A stretch of DNA of 64,000 nt from Escherichia coli (GTDB taxonomy: Bacteria; Pseudomonadota; Gammaproteobacteria; Enterobacterales; Enterobacteriaceae): NCBI RefSeq assembly GCF_051903065.1, contig NZ_CP178438.1. The stretch is one strand, 5' to 3'. Under the pieces are notes generated by a model. It ran no database searches, was not told where the DNA came from, and saw only the letters and a list, made by a program, of their open reading frames with translations. This document shows positions 39,662-54,528 of the stretch, in pieces (position 1 is the first letter of the stretch; every line of letters starts with the position of its first letter). A program made the position numbers and the translations under genes.

Positions 39662-40855
39662 TCAGCGTGGTTGCAAACAGTTATCTTCTTTCCAGCCGTA
39701 CAACCACTCCATGCCGCGATAAAATTCTGCCTGCGATTTCCCTTTCCACAGCAGATTACGTACCTGGCGTTCTACCCCTGCGGCGTGGTAAACCCGCCCC
39801 ATTTCACGGGTCGACCAGACGATGCGCGCGGTGCGCGGAATTCGTACCGACTCATACAGCGCAAAGGCCTGCGCCGCATCACCCTCACACTGCGCCAGCG
39901 CCTTACCCAGCGTTACTGCATCTTCCAGCGCCATACAGGCTCCCTGCGCCATATATTGCGCCACCGGATGGGCCGAATCGCCCACAAGCGTTATGCGCTT
40001 CGTTCCCCACTTCGCCACCGGTTCACGGTCAGCGGTTGACCAGCGTCGCCATGAAGTCGGTTTATCCAACATCTGGCGCGGACGGGGGTGAATCCCTTCA
40101 AAGTAAGAGAGCACTTCCTCTTTACTACCATCCTTCACGCCCCACTCTTCCTGCTGGCGGCTGTGGAATGTTACCACCAGGTTATACTGCTTGCCGCCGC
40201 GCAAAGGGTAATGCACCAAGTGACAATGCGGCCCCGCCCACAGTACCGGTGCGTTAATGCGCAAATCTTCCGGCATATCGGCACGATCGATAACCGCACG
40301 GTAGACAACATGTCCGGTGACACGCGGCGCATCGCCCAATAAGCTCTGGCGCACCACTGACTTCACGCCGTCACAGCCAATCAGAATATCGCCGGTCCAG
40401 CTATTGCCGCGATCGTCAAACACGGTGACATCGTCTTCCGTCTCGCGAATATCCACGACGTTGGTGGAGGTGTGATATTCCACGTCCGGATGCGTCAGTA
40501 CCGCTTCCCACACCGAGGCGTGAATATCAACCCGGTGGATCACCGCGTAAGGGCCGCCGAAATGGTCACGAAAGGCCTGCCCGGTTTCAATGCACACCAC
40601 TTCTTCGGCGTTCACCGCATCCATCATGGTAATGTGATCGGTAAACACCGCGCGCTGGCGGGCAACTTCGCCGACGCCGAGGCTGTCCAGCGCCGAAAAC
40701 GCATTTGGCCCCAACTGGATGCCCGCGCCAATCTCACCGATCTCATGCGCCTTTTCCAGCAGCACCACTTTGATCCCCAGGCGGGCCAGTGACAGCGCAG
40801 TTGCCGCACCGCCGATCCCGCCTCCCACAATTACTGCGCGTGTCACTTTCGTCAT
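39662..40855 (-). CDS. mhbM: FAD-dependent aromatic monooxygenase, probable 3-hydroxybenzoate 6-hydroxylase
   Basis: FAD-binding GxGxxG motif VIVGGGIGGAATALSL; last gene of a gentisate-pathway cluster. Confidence 0.7.
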   Translation of the reverse strand: MTKVTRAVIVGGGIGGAATALSLARLGIKVVLLEKAHEIGEIGAGIQLGPNAFSALDSLGVGEVARQRAVFTDHITMMDAVNAEEVVCIETGQAFRDHFGGPYAVIHRVDIHASVWEAVLTHPDVEYHTSTNVVDIRETEDDVTVFDDRGNSWTGDILIGCDGVKSVVRQSLLGDAPRVTGHVVYRAVIDRADMPEDLRINAPVLWAGPHCHLVHYPLRGGKQYNLVVTFHSRQQEEWGVKDGSKEEVLSYFEGIHPRPRQMLDKPTSWRRWSTADREPVAKWGTKRITLVGDSAHPVAQYMAQGACMALEDAVTLGKALAQCEGDAAQAFALYESVRIPRTARIVWSTREMGRVYHAAGVERQVRNLLWKGKSQAEFYRGMEWLYGWKEDNCLQPR

Positions 40856-40869
40856 TATAGTTCTCCTGG

Positions 40870-41517
40870 TCAGGCTGAAATTTTATCTTGTTGATTTTCT
40901 GGCGCTGCGGCAATGAACGCTGGCAGCTGTGTGCAGGCGTCGTACACCGCTTTGCAGCGTGGATACCCGCTCAAATCGCAGTTCATGCGTAGCGCGTTCG
41001 CCCACTGCGGGACAAGGCAGCAATCTGCCAGCGTCGGCGTCTCGCCCACACAAAATTGCCCCGACTGGTTCTGGCGCAACAGTTGTTCCACCGCGCTTAA
41101 CCCTTGCTGGATCCAGTGCGCATACCAACGTTTTTTTTCTTCTTCACTGACGTTCAGTTCTTCGGTCAGGTAGCGCAGCACGCGCAAGTTATTCAATGGA
41201 TGAATATCACAAGCAATGGCATAGACAATTTCCAGCACCTTGTTGCGGGCCGGCTCTTCCTGCGGCACCAGCGGAACTTGCGGGTAGTGCCTCTCCAGCC
41301 AGTCAATAATCGCCAGCGATTGTCCGAGTGATTCGCCCTCGTCAGTCAGCAGCGTCGGCACCAGCCCGACCGGATTCATCCGCCGATAGGCCAGTTCATT
41401 TTGCTGACCAATACGGATATTCACCCCTTCGGTCTGGTAATTAATGCCTTTCAGCGCCAGCGCAATGCGTACCCGGTACGACGCTGAACTATTAAAAAAA
41501 CTGTACAGCTTCATCAT
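40870..41517 (-). CDS. mhbI: Maleylpyruvate isomerase (zeta-class glutathione S-transferase fold)
   Basis: GST-like N-terminus MKLYSFFNSSASYRVRIALALKG; cluster context. Confidence 0.65.
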   Translation of the reverse strand: MMKLYSFFNSSASYRVRIALALKGINYQTEGVNIRIGQQNELAYRRMNPVGLVPTLLTDEGESLGQSLAIIDWLERHYPQVPLVPQEEPARNKVLEIVYAIACDIHPLNNLRVLRYLTEELNVSEEEKKRWYAHWIQQGLSAVEQLLRQNQSGQFCVGETPTLADCCLVPQWANALRMNCDLSGYPRCKAVYDACTQLPAFIAAAPENQQDKISA

Positions 41518-41522
41518 GCACC

Positions 41523-42224
41523 TCAGACAATCTTCACCGCGATAGGCGTTAAGCCCTCGACGTTGCCTGTGATCACATCACCTTTCACTACCGGGCCAAC
41601 CCCTTCCGGCGTACCGGTGAAGATCAGATCGCCCGGTTGCAGCTCAAAGAAGCCTGACAGATAGCTGATGGTTTCATTCACCGACCAGATGAGATGGCGA
41701 ATATCGCTGCGCTGATGATCTTCGCCGTTAACCTGTAACCAGATTGGCGCATTATCAATACCGCCAATATCGCGGGCTTTGTGCAGCGGCGCGATGGGCG
41801 CTGAGAGATCAAACGCTTTACCGATTTCCCACGGGCGGCCCATCTGGCGCATTTCCATTTGACGGTCACGCCGAGTCATATCAAGACCCGTGGCATAACC
41901 CCAGACATATTCATGGGCGTGTTCCAGCGGGATATCGCTGCCTTTTTTACCAATCGCCACCACCAGTTCAATTTCGTAATGGTAGTTATCGGTCTGTGCC
42001 GGATACGGCAGCGCCAGCGTTTCACCAGCGGCAACCGGAACAACGGCATCCGCCGGTTTGCAGAAGAAGAATGGCGGTTCACGATCCGGATCAAAGCCCA
42101 TTTCGCGGGCGTGAGCGGCATAGTTACGTCCGACGCAGTAAACGCGGCGCACGGGGAATTGTTCATCACTGCCAACAACCGGTACGGTAACGGGCGCTTG
42201 CGGTTCGAATACGTATTGAGTCAT
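41523..42224 (-). CDS. mhbH: Fumarylpyruvate hydrolase (fumarylacetoacetate hydrolase family)
   Basis: FAH-family sequence; cluster context. Confidence 0.65.
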   Translation of the reverse strand: MTQYVFEPQAPVTVPVVGSDEQFPVRRVYCVGRNYAAHAREMGFDPDREPPFFFCKPADAVVPVAAGETLALPYPAQTDNYHYEIELVVAIGKKGSDIPLEHAHEYVWGYATGLDMTRRDRQMEMRQMGRPWEIGKAFDLSAPIAPLHKARDIGGIDNAPIWLQVNGEDHQRSDIRHLIWSVNETISYLSGFFELQPGDLIFTGTPEGVGPVVKGDVITGNVEGLTPIAVKIV

Positions 42225-42238
42225 TTTTCTCTCCTAAA

Positions 42239-43267
42239 TTAATAACGCGCTTCGCGGAACAGCCCCAGGGCTTCTTGTACCGGTCTGTCCGAAAAACTAA
42301 ATAAAACGGAATCTTGCGTGGTCTGGAACGACACGCCATGCCAGGTCGGCACCACGAAGATATCTTTTGCACTAAAGCTGAAGGTTTCATTGCCGATGAT
42401 GACCTGCCCGCTACCTTCCACCACATGGTAGATGGTGCTGTCAGTGGTACGCGCAACGCGTGAGGCAAACCCTTTCGGCAGCAGTTGCAGGAAAGCGCCC
42501 ATCGACGGCATCGGATAGCCGCCGGTGACCGGGTTGACGTAGCGCATTTTGTAGCCATCCCACTCGTCGGCATCGCCCAGTCGGGTTAAATCGTGCAGCA
42601 CTTCGCGGCTGCGGTCATAACGATAGTTAAAGATCGGCGAGGAGTTCCCCGTCTGATGCCGCAGCGGCAACATATTGGCAGCGTAACGCGGCAGATAATC
42701 TCCCTCTTTACGCGTTACCGGTTGTTGCTCTTCCGGATAATCTTCGGCAAAACCGCAGCCCAGAATATTCACTAATGGCAGATCCAGCCCATCGAGCCAG
42801 ATAACCGGTTCGTCGCCAGGGTTACCGTGATCGTGCCAGCGCCACTGCGGGGTCAGGATAAAATCGCCTTCATTCATTGGCGTGCGTTCGCCATCAACGG
42901 CGGTAAATGCCCCTTTGCCTTCAACAATAAAACGCAGCGCCGACTGATTATGACGATGACTCGGTGCCACTTCGCCCGGCATGATCAGTTGCAAACCGGC
43001 ATATAAAGTCGCGGTAATGGAAGACTGCCCGCGCAGCGCCGGGTTTTCCAGCACCAGCACGCGGCGCACGGCCTCTTTCGCACCAATCAGGCCGCCGCTC
43101 TCCAGTAGCAGCGGGCGGATCTCCTGATAATTCCAGTACGCTGGCGCACAGTTAGCGTTGGGCGTTTTCGGCACCAGATGGTGCAGTGACTCCCACAGCG
43201 GGGTCAGGTTTTGCCCGGAAATATGCTGATAAAATTGCTCGCGGCTATTTTGATTGTTATCAGTCAT
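42239..43267 (-). CDS. mhbD: Gentisate 1,2-dioxygenase (bicupin)
   Basis: Cupin metal-binding region [14 protein letters not shown]; size 342 aa. Confidence 0.75.
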
Positions 43268-43278
43268 TGGGATGCTCC

Positions 43279-44637
43279 TTATTCGTTCACAACGCCTGCG
43301 CGAGGCAGTGAGTCAGGGACAGAGGTCGACTGGCGAACCACGGTAATCAGCAGGGTTAACATCACCGCACTGATCGCCGCAGGCACAGCGATAATGAAAA
43401 ACAGGGTGTCGAAAGAGAAATTCATCGCCATCATCACGCCGCCAGACAGCGAACCAACAATCGCGCCGCAGCGGCCGATAGCATTTGACCAGCTCACGCC
43501 CGTGGCGCGACTTTGTGTTGGATAAAGTGTTGCGGTCAGCGCATTCAGCCCCACCTGCGATCCGCTAATGCCAATGCCAGTGCCGAAAATCGCCAGCGCC
43601 ATCAACCATAATCCATCCTGGCTTAAGCCAATCATCACGATGCATATAGCGCCTATGGCATAGCTCAGCGCCAGCACGCGGAAAGGATTGAACTTATCCA
43701 TCAGCACACCCAGCGCCAGCGCGCCTAACGTACCACCAATCTGGAACGCGGCGGTGACCCAGGACGCGTGTTGCAGGTCGATGCCGCGATGGTTCAGTAG
43801 CGTCGGCATCCAGCTTGAGAGCAGGTAAATAATCAGCAGGCTCATAAAGAACACTACCCACAGCATCAACGTGATGGGTAACTGACGTCCCATAAACAGT
43901 TGACGAATGCTGCCTTTTGTAACGGAGGCTGATTCAATGAGATAAAAGTGGGTATCGACATAACGCTCGCGGGTGATGGCGCTGACGGTTTTCGCAATCA
44001 CCGCCTGCGGTAGCTGGCGGCGCACCTGCCAGCGTGGCGATTCCGGCAGAACTACCAGCAGTGCGACAAACAGCATCAGCGGTAACACGCCCCCCAACAC
44101 CAGAATGCCGTGCCAGCCAATCACCGGCACCAGCTGCGCACTGACAATCCCGCCAAACGCCGAACCCAGCGTAAAGCCGCAAAACATCAGCGTCACCAGC
44201 GCGCCGCGGCGGCGGGCAGGCAGATACTCCGAGGTCATGGTGATGGTGTTCGGCATCGCGCCGCCCAGACCCAGGCCGGTGAGAAAGCGCAGGAAGACCA
44301 GCGTTTGCAGATCCGGTGAGAAAGCCGAGGCGAGGCTTAACGCGCCAAACAAAAAGACGCACAGCTCAATCACCCGCTTGCGACCAAAGCGATCGGACAA
44401 CGGGCCACAAAGCAGTGCGCCTGCGGTTAATCCTAGCAGACCCGCGCCAAAAAGCGGGGCGAGATCGCCTGCGGTGAGTTGCCAGTGAGTGCGAATATCA
44501 GGGGCGATAAATCCGATAGCCGCGGTGTCAAAACCATCGAGCATTACCACCAGAAAACAGCAGATGATAACGCGCCACTGCATCTTGCCGACCGGAGCAG
44601 CATCGATAAGTGCTTGTAAATCACGTCGTTGAGTCAT
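43279..44637 (-). CDS. mhbT: MFS transporter, probable 3-hydroxybenzoate/aromatic acid importer
   Basis: Twelve-helix MFS-like hydrophobic profile; cluster context. Confidence 0.65.
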   Translation of the reverse strand: MTQRRDLQALIDAAPVGKMQWRVIICCFLVVMLDGFDTAAIGFIAPDIRTHWQLTAGDLAPLFGAGLLGLTAGALLCGPLSDRFGRKRVIELCVFLFGALSLASAFSPDLQTLVFLRFLTGLGLGGAMPNTITMTSEYLPARRRGALVTLMFCGFTLGSAFGGIVSAQLVPVIGWHGILVLGGVLPLMLFVALLVVLPESPRWQVRRQLPQAVIAKTVSAITRERYVDTHFYLIESASVTKGSIRQLFMGRQLPITLMLWVVFFMSLLIIYLLSSWMPTLLNHRGIDLQHASWVTAAFQIGGTLGALALGVLMDKFNPFRVLALSYAIGAICIVMIGLSQDGLWLMALAIFGTGIGISGSQVGLNALTATLYPTQSRATGVSWSNAIGRCGAIVGSLSGGVMMAMNFSFDTLFFIIAVPAAISAVMLTLLITVVRQSTSVPDSLPRAGVVNE

Positions 44638-44763
44638 AGTAAATGCCTCAGTGCAGGTAAGGTAGATGTTTCTTTTGTTTTGTATATGTTGCGATATTGT
44701 GATTAAAGAGATGAGATGTACAATGGCATTTCGGGCAGAGAGATAACCTGGAGGTTATGGCAA

Positions 44764-45672
44764 ATGGCGAACTGGGCGCAAAAATTAAAACTACATCACC
44801 TTGAAATGCTGGTGGCGCTGGGTGAACAGGGCAATCTAACCCATGTCGCACGAATGATGAATATCACCCAACCTGCGCTTTCGAAATGGTTGTCACAACT
44901 CGAAGATGAGATTGGAATCACACTTTTTGAGCGGCACAGCAAAGGATTACGTCCGACTGAAGGCGGCAAATTGTTATTGCAACATGCCCAACGGTTAATC
45001 AATGACATGGAGCGATCGCAACATGAACTGGCCCGTTTTAAACAAGGTGGACTGGTCGGCAGTCTGAAAATTGGCTGTTCTCCCGTCGCCACTGACTGCG
45101 TATCCCAGGCGATTTTGCATTTGCTTACGAAGATGCCAACTCTACACCTGAATATCGAAGAGAAGGTGATGACCCCATTGCTGCAAGATCTATTGGCAGG
45201 TTCTGTCGATGTGGTCGTTGGGCGAATTGGCGGTCGCGCATTGCAGCTGCCACTGAATTATCAGGTGCTGTACACCGAGCCAGTATGCTTTGTCGCCCGC
45301 CCTGAGCACCCACTGGCGAAATACGCCACCCTCAGCTGGAATGATCTTGCCAACTGGCGCTGGATCGTCTGGCCGACGGGTACCCCCATTCGCATTAGTA
45401 TTGATAATGCGCTGGTAGACCACGGCGTAATGCTGCCAGAAAACACGATTGAGTCGGCGTCGATGAACGTCAGTACCAACCTGTTACAAAGCAGCGATAT
45501 GATCTCTATTTTGTCATTACGCCTGGCGCAACGTTATGCCAGCCAGGGACAACTGGTGATACTCAACCTGCCAAAGATAGAACAGAAAGGTAGCGTCGGT
45601 GTGTTCTGGCGCAATAACGAAACGCCTTCTTATGCTTTAAGTCAGTTTCTGCACTTTTTACAGCAGAATTAG
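44764..45672 (+). CDS. mhbR: LysR-family transcriptional regulator, divergent from the catabolic operon
   Basis: N-terminal HTH LEMLVALGEQGNLTHVARMMNITQPALSKWL; GGAGG Shine-Dalgarno 9 nt before the ATG. Confidence 0.7.
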   Translation: MANWAQKLKLHHLEMLVALGEQGNLTHVARMMNITQPALSKWLSQLEDEIGITLFERHSKGLRPTEGGKLLLQHAQRLINDMERSQHELARFKQGGLVGSLKIGCSPVATDCVSQAILHLLTKMPTLHLNIEEKVMTPLLQDLLAGSVDVVVGRIGGRALQLPLNYQVLYTEPVCFVARPEHPLAKYATLSWNDLANWRWIVWPTGTPIRISIDNALVDHGVMLPENTIESASMNVSTNLLQSSDMISILSLRLAQRYASQGQLVILNLPKIEQKGSVGVFWRNNETPSYALSQFLHFLQQN

Positions 45673-45766
45673 TGTGCTGAACGGGGCGCTCGCCCGAGGT
45701 TACCTCCCTAAAATTCAACTATGCTGAGAATTCTTAATGTGATCGGTAGCACGTTTTACGAATTAA

Positions 45767-46893
<1,127 letters not shown>

Positions 46894-46897
46894 AATT

Positions 46898-46913
46898 TGC
46901 GATGCGTCGCGCA
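46898..46913 (+). promoter_or_regulatory. CRP binding site (distal, cdd CRP-2 position)
   Basis: TGCGA-N6-GCGCA half-site pattern about 50 bp upstream of the proximal site. Confidence 0.5.
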
Positions 46914-46947
46914 TTTTTGATGTAAGTTTCACGCGTTGCATAATTAA

Positions 46948-46963
46948 TGAGATTCAGATCACA
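46948..46963 (+). promoter_or_regulatory. CRP binding site (proximal, about -41 of the cdd promoter)
   Basis: TGAGATTCAGATCACA, close match to TGTGA-N6-TCACA; a TAAACT -10-like hexamer lies about 20 bp downstream. Confidence 0.6.
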
Positions 46964-47022
46964 TATAAAGCCATAACGGGTTCGTAAACTGTTATCCCAT
47001 TACATGATTATGAGGCAACGCC

Positions 47023-49018
<1,996 letters not shown>

Positions 49019-49211
49019 TATTTTCTCTTTTCTGTTAATTATTGAGAATAATTATTACTTCACTCAATAAGCTGCGGATATAACATTCTGAACCGCAGCT
49101 ATTTGTGAATCCTTTCACAGTTTAAATTTCCCCACGCGCATAGCCTTAATATCAGCACGCAATATTTATTTAGCGTTCGCCTTAATTACTCATAGCATTA
49201 AGGAAGATCAC

Positions 49212-50450
49212 ATGCCGCAACAAAATTATCTGGATGAACTCACTCCGGCTTTTACGCCGTTACTGGCGATTAAAGAAGCCTCTCGCTGTTTATTATGTCA
49301 CGACGCTCCCTGTAGTCAGGCTTGCCCGGCACAGACCGATCCGGGGAAATTTATTCGCTCAATCTACTTTCGTAATTTTAAAGGCGCTGCCGAGACAATT
49401 CGCGAAAATAATGCCCTCGGTGCCGTTTGTGCCAGAGTGTGCCCGACGGAGAAATTATGCCAAAGCGGTTGTACCCGTGCCGGTGTTGATGCTCCCATTG
49501 ATATCGGCCGCTTACAGCGTTTTGTTACTGATTTTGAACAACAAACCGGGATGGAAATTTATCAGCCCGGTACTAAAACGCTCGGCAAAGTCGCGATTAT
49601 TGGCGCAGGTCCTGCCGGATTGCAGGCCAGTGTGACACTGACAAACCAGGGTTATGACGTCACGATTTATGAGAAAGAAGCGCACCCCGGTGGCTGGTTG
49701 CGTAACGGTATTCCGCAATTCCGGTTACCGCAATCAGTGCTGGATGCAGAGATCGCCCGTATTGAAAAAATGGGCGTGACCATTAAGTGCAATAACGAAA
49801 TCGGTAAAACACTCACCCTGGAGCAACTGAAAGCGGAAAACCGCGCGGTACTGGTCACCGTGGGGTTATCAAGCGGTTCCGGGCTACCGCTGTTTGAGCA
49901 TAGCGACGTTGAGATTGCCGTCGACTTCCTGCAACGTGCACGACAGGCGCAAGGCGATATCAGCATTCCACAAAGCGCATTAATTATCGGCGGCGGTGAT
50001 GTCGCGATGGACGTAGCCAGCACGCTGAAAGTTCTCGGCTGTCAGGCGGTAACTTGCGTAGCGCGTGAAGAGTTAGATGAGTTTCCGGCAAGCGAAAAAG
50101 AGTTTGCCAGCGCCCGGGAGCTGGGCGTTTCGATCATCGATGGATTCACGCCAGTAGCCGTGGAAGGCAATAAAGTCACGTTTAAGCATGTACGGTTATC
50201 GGGCGAACTGACGATGGCGGCAGATAAAATTATTCTCGCCGTCGGTCAGCATGCCAGACTGGATGTCTTTGCGGAGTTAGAGCCGCAGCGTAACACCATC
50301 AAAACACAAAATTATCAGACCCGCGATCCGCAAGTCTTTGCTGCTGGCGATATTGTAGAGGGTGACAAAACCGTGGTCTATGCCGTGAAAACCGGGAAAG
50401 AAGCCGCCGAGGCGATTCATCACTATTTAGAGGGAGCTTGCTCATGTTAA
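49212..50450 (+). CDS. preT: NAD-dependent dihydropyrimidine dehydrogenase subunit PreT
   Basis: Dinucleotide-binding motif [11 protein letters not shown]; overlaps the preA start. Confidence 0.85.
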   Translation: MPQQNYLDELTPAFTPLLAIKEASRCLLCHDAPCSQACPAQTDPGKFIRSIYFRNFKGAAETIRENNALGAVCARVCPTEKLCQSGCTRAGVDAPIDIGRLQRFVTDFEQQTGMEIYQPGTKTLGKVAIIGAGPAGLQASVTLTNQGYDVTIYEKEAHPGGWLRNGIPQFRLPQSVLDAEIARIEKMGVTIKCNNEIGKTLTLEQLKAENRAVLVTVGLSSGSGLPLFEHSDVEIAVDFLQRARQAQGDISIPQSALIIGGGDVAMDVASTLKVLGCQAVTCVAREELDEFPASEKEFASARELGVSIIDGFTPVAVEGNKVTFKHVRLSGELTMAADKIILAVGQHARLDVFAELEPQRNTIKTQNYQTRDPQVFAAGDIVEGDKTVVYAVKTGKEAAEAIHHYLEGACSC

Positions 50451-51679
50451 CGAAAGATCTTTCGATTACTTTTTGCGGCGTGAAGTTTCCCAACCCGTTC
50501 TGCCTCTCTTCTTCGCCGGTAGGCAACTGCTATGAGATGTGTGCCAAAGCCTACGACACAGGTTGGGGCGGTGTGGTGTTTAAAACGATCGGCTTTTTTA
50601 TCGCCAACGAAGTCTCGCCGCGTTTTGATCATCTGGTGAAAGAAGATACCGGTTTTATCGGCTTCAAAAATATGGAGCAGATTGCCGAGCATCCGTTGGA
50701 AGAGAATCTGGCCGCCCTGCGTCGGCTGAAGGAAGATTACCCGGACAAAGTATTGATCGCTTCGATCATGGGGGAAAATGAGCAGCAATGGGAGGAGCTG
50801 GCGCGCCTGGTGCAAGAAGCTGGCGCGGATATGATCGAGTGTAACTTCTCCTGTCCGCAAATGACTTCTCATGCGATGGGTAGCGATGTCGGGCAAAGCC
50901 CGGAGCTGGTAGAAAAATATTGTCGGGCAGTGAAACGGGGTGCCACGCTGCCAATGCTGGCGAAGATGACGCCGAATATCGGTGATATGTGCGAAGTGGC
51001 GCTGGCGGCGAAGCGCGGCGGCGCAGATGGCATTGCGGCGATTAACACCGTTAAATCCATCACCAATATCGATCTTAATCAGAAAATCGGTATGCCGATC
51101 GTTAACGGAAAATCGAGTATTTCCGGATATTCCGGTAAAGCGGTAAAACCGATCGCCCTGCGCTTCATTCAGCAAATGCGCACCCATCCAGAACTGCGCG
51201 ATTTCCCAATCAGCGGTATCGGCGGCATTGAAACCTGGGAGGATGCGGCGGAGTTTTTATTGCTCGGCGCAGCAACGTTACAGGTCACCACCGGCATTAT
51301 GCAGTACGGCTATCGCATCGTAGAAGATATGGCGAGCGGGTTATCGCATTATCTCGCCGATCAGGGATTTGATTCGTTGCAGGAGATGGTAGGTCTGGCG
51401 AATAACAATATTGTCCCGGCGGAAGATTTAGACCGCAGTTATATTGTCTATCCCCGTATCAATCTTGATAAATGTGTTGGCTGTGGACGCTGTTATATTT
51501 CCTGTTACGACGGCGGTCACCAGGCGATGGAATGGAGCGAGAAAACCCGCACACCGCATTGTAATACCGAGAAATGTGTGGGTTGTCTGCTTTGTGGTCA
51601 CGTCTGCCCGGTGGGTTGTATTGATCTCGGAGAAGTGAAGTTTAAGAAGGGAGAGAAAGAACACCCGGTAACGTTGTAA
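50444..51679 (+). CDS. preA: NAD-dependent dihydropyrimidine dehydrogenase subunit PreA
   Basis: C-terminal 4Fe-4S cysteine clusters CVGCGRC and [12 protein letters not shown]; start [12 protein letters not shown]. Confidence 0.85.
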   Translation: MLTKDLSITFCGVKFPNPFCLSSSPVGNCYEMCAKAYDTGWGGVVFKTIGFFIANEVSPRFDHLVKEDTGFIGFKNMEQIAEHPLEENLAALRRLKEDYPDKVLIASIMGENEQQWEELARLVQEAGADMIECNFSCPQMTSHAMGSDVGQSPELVEKYCRAVKRGATLPMLAKMTPNIGDMCEVALAAKRGGADGIAAINTVKSITNIDLNQKIGMPIVNGKSSISGYSGKAVKPIALRFIQQMRTHPELRDFPISGIGGIETWEDAAEFLLLGAATLQVTTGIMQYGYRIVEDMASGLSHYLADQGFDSLQEMVGLANNNIVPAEDLDRSYIVYPRINLDKCVGCGRCYISCYDGGHQAMEWSEKTRTPHCNTEKCVGCLLCGHVCPVGCIDLGEVKFKKGEKEHPVTL

Positions 51680-51689
51680 AACCAGAGAC

Positions 51690-51866
51690 GCATCCGGCAT
51701 TTGGCACCGATTGCCGGATGCGGCTTGAACGCCTTATCCGGCCTACAAAACCATACAAATCAGTATGTTGAGCTCATTGTAGGCCGGATAAAACGCGCCA
51801 GCGTTGCATCCGGCATTTGGCTCCTGTCGCCGGATGCGGCGTGAACGCCTTATCCGGCCTACAAAA
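51690..51866. repeat. Cluster of REP elements (BIME)
   Basis: Repeated GCCGGATGCGGC...GCCTTATCCGGCCTACA units in alternating orientation between preA and mglC. Confidence 0.8.
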
Positions 51867-51921
51867 CCACACAGATCATGATGTTATGTGCGTTTATGAC
51901 CGAATGCGGACCACAATCACA

Positions 51922-52932
51922 TCACTTCTTACGCGCGTATTTCAGTGAATCCAGCGCTACGGCGAAGATAATAATCGCCCCTTTGATGATGTACTGCCAG
52001 TATGGGTTTACGCCGATATACGTCAGGCCATAGTTGATGACGGTAAAAATAATTACCCCGGTCACCACGCCAATCACCGTCCCCACACCGCCGCTGAACG
52101 ATACACCGCCTACCACGCACGCCGCGATAGCATCCAGTTCATACATAAAGCCGAGGTTGTTGGTGGCAGAACCGATACGTCCGGCTTCTAACATCCCGCC
52201 GAAGGCATAGAACACACCAGACAACGCGTAGATCATCAGCAGGTTCAGGCCGACGTTGACACCAGATACTTTTGCCGCTTCCGGGTTACCGCCAATGGCA
52301 AAAATGTTCTTACCGAAGCGGGTTTTGTTCCACAACACCCAGACGAACGCCACCGCAATCAACGCGTAGAAGGTGATGTAAGAGAGACGGAAATTCCCCA
52401 GCGCGACAAAGCCCTGAGCAAAGGTAGAGAAGCCACTGTCAAAACCAGAAATTGGCGACGCCCCGACAAAGTCGTAATAGAGCGAGTTGATGCCATAGAC
52501 GATGATCATCGTGCCGAGCGTGGTAATGAACGGCGTCACGTTGAGATAAGCGATAATCAGACCGTTGATCAAACCGATCACCGCACCAATGGCACAGACA
52601 ATCAGAATAACCAGCGCAATCGGCATCGTCGCCATTTCCGGGAACACTTTGTTGGCGTTATCCATGGACTGCAATAACGTCGCCGCTACTACTGCCGCCA
52701 GCCCCACCTGGCGACCTGCAGAAAGGTCGGTCCCCTGGGTGACAATTAACCCTGCCACACCGAGCGCGATAATAATACGCACCGATGACTGGGTGAGAAT
52801 ATTACTTAAGTTCAACAGACTTAAAAATGTTGGGTCCTGGAAAATAATAATCGCCAGCAAAACTAAAAGAACGACGTAAATACCGCCCTCTTTCAGGTAA
52901 GTAAGAAAACTTTTCTTATTTAACGCACTCAT
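51922..52932 (-). CDS. mglC: Galactose/methyl-galactoside ABC transporter permease
   Basis: Tracked ORF, membrane protein; mglBAC operon order. Confidence 0.9.
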   Translation of the reverse strand: MSALNKKSFLTYLKEGGIYVVLLVLLAIIIFQDPTFLSLLNLSNILTQSSVRIIIALGVAGLIVTQGTDLSAGRQVGLAAVVAATLLQSMDNANKVFPEMATMPIALVILIVCAIGAVIGLINGLIIAYLNVTPFITTLGTMIIVYGINSLYYDFVGASPISGFDSGFSTFAQGFVALGNFRLSYITFYALIAVAFVWVLWNKTRFGKNIFAIGGNPEAAKVSGVNVGLNLLMIYALSGVFYAFGGMLEAGRIGSATNNLGFMYELDAIAACVVGGVSFSGGVGTVIGVVTGVIIFTVINYGLTYIGVNPYWQYIIKGAIIIFAVALDSLKYARKK

Positions 52933-52947
52933 GGGAAGCCCCTAATC

Positions 52948-54468
52948 TTAAAGGTGCAAAGACGCAAGACGCAGAATTTCGTTTTGCGTTGTTGTTTTTG
53001 TATCGACAATTCCGGAAACGAGACCATTGCTCATGACCAGAATACGGTCTGTTATCCCTAACAACTCAGGCATTTCAGAGGAGATAATAATAATCCCCTT
53101 GCCTTTCTTCGCCAGTTCGGCAATTAACTGATAGATCTCAAACTTCGCCCCGACATCAATACCGCGCGTCGGTTCATCGAGCATTAATATTTCCGGTTGC
53201 GTTAGTAGCCAGCGCCCAATAATCACCTTTTGCTGATTACCACCTGAGAGCGAACCAATTTGCGTCCGATGCCCCGGTGTTTTTACCCGCATCGAATCAA
53301 TCACCCACTGGGTATCGCTTTTCATCCGCGAGTTATCCAGTAAACCAACTTTATTTTTGTAGTTGCGAATATTGGAAATTAACGAGTTAAAACCAATATC
53401 CAGATAGGCATAAATTCCTGTTGAGCGGCGCTCCTCAGTTACCAGTGCAAATCCGTGGTTTATGGCTTCGTTGGCATTATAGTTATTGATCTTTTTGCCG
53501 TGCAACGTAATGGTGCCAGCCGATTTCTCGCGAATACCAAATAACGTCTCAACAATATCGGTACGTTTCGCCCCCACCAGACCGGCAATACCGAGGATCT
53601 CCCCTTTATGCAGATCAAACGAGACATCACGGATCGACGGCTGGCGCAGTGACGTCAGGTTACGCACCTCGAGGATGACTTCGCCCGGCTTGTTTTCTTT
53701 GTCAGGGAAACGCTGGTTAAGAGAACGCCCAACCATCATGGCGATGATCTTATCCATCGTCAGTCCTGCCAGCGGTTCGGTGGCGATCCACTGACCGTCG
53801 CGCAATACGGTAACTTCATCACATAACTGGAAGATTTCTTCCATTTTATGCGAGATATAAACAATACCGCAGCCGCGCTCTTTTAATTTACGAATAATAG
53901 TGAACAGATGATTGACCTCTTTTTCGGTTAACGAAGAAGTCGGTTCATCCATAATCACAATTTTCGCGTTATAGGAAAACGCTTTGGCGATTTCGATCAT
54001 CTGCATTTGCGAAACAGATAATGTGCCGACGCGCGCACGCGGATCGATATCAATATCCAGTTCATCAAAAATCGCTTTGGTTTCGCGGTACATTTTGTCC
54101 TGATCGACAAACATGCCTTTGGTGGGATATCGCCCCAGCCACATGTTATCCATCACCGAACGTTGTAATACCAGGTTTAACTCCTGGTGTACCATCGAAA
54201 TACCATTTTCCAGGGCTTCTTTTGCAGAATGGAAATCGATCTCTTTACCCTGGAATAAAATGGTGCCGGAGTCTTTTTGATAAATACCAAACAGGCATTT
54301 TAATAATGTCGATTTTCCTGCACCGTTTTCCCCCATTAATGCATGGATAGAATGTGGCCGGACTTTTAAATTAACGTTATCAAGTGCCTTAACACCAGGA
54401 AAGGACTTGTTGATACCGCTCATTTCCAACAAGTATTCCCCGGAGGACGGAGTCGTTGAGCTGACCAT
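52948..54468 (-). CDS. mglA: Galactose/methyl-galactoside ABC transporter ATP-binding protein (two ABC domains)
   Basis: Walker [10 protein letters not shown]; 506 aa. Confidence 0.9.
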   Translation of the reverse strand: MVSSTTPSSGEYLLEMSGINKSFPGVKALDNVNLKVRPHSIHALMGENGAGKSTLLKCLFGIYQKDSGTILFQGKEIDFHSAKEALENGISMVHQELNLVLQRSVMDNMWLGRYPTKGMFVDQDKMYRETKAIFDELDIDIDPRARVGTLSVSQMQMIEIAKAFSYNAKIVIMDEPTSSLTEKEVNHLFTIIRKLKERGCGIVYISHKMEEIFQLCDEVTVLRDGQWIATEPLAGLTMDKIIAMMVGRSLNQRFPDKENKPGEVILEVRNLTSLRQPSIRDVSFDLHKGEILGIAGLVGAKRTDIVETLFGIREKSAGTITLHGKKINNYNANEAINHGFALVTEERRSTGIYAYLDIGFNSLISNIRNYKNKVGLLDNSRMKSDTQWVIDSMRVKTPGHRTQIGSLSGGNQQKVIIGRWLLTQPEILMLDEPTRGIDVGAKFEIYQLIAELAKKGKGIIIISSEMPELLGITDRILVMSNGLVSGIVDTKTTTQNEILRLASLHL

Positions 54469-54528
54469 ATAATTTTACCTTGTTGGTCATACAATAAGGG
54501 CGCAGTAATAGACTGCGCCCAATCAGTC

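Noticed and set aside
43934-44488. Overlapping 142-aa and 171-aa ORFs within the MFS transporter gene
   Set aside because: Alternative frames of a GC-rich membrane-protein gene; no independent support
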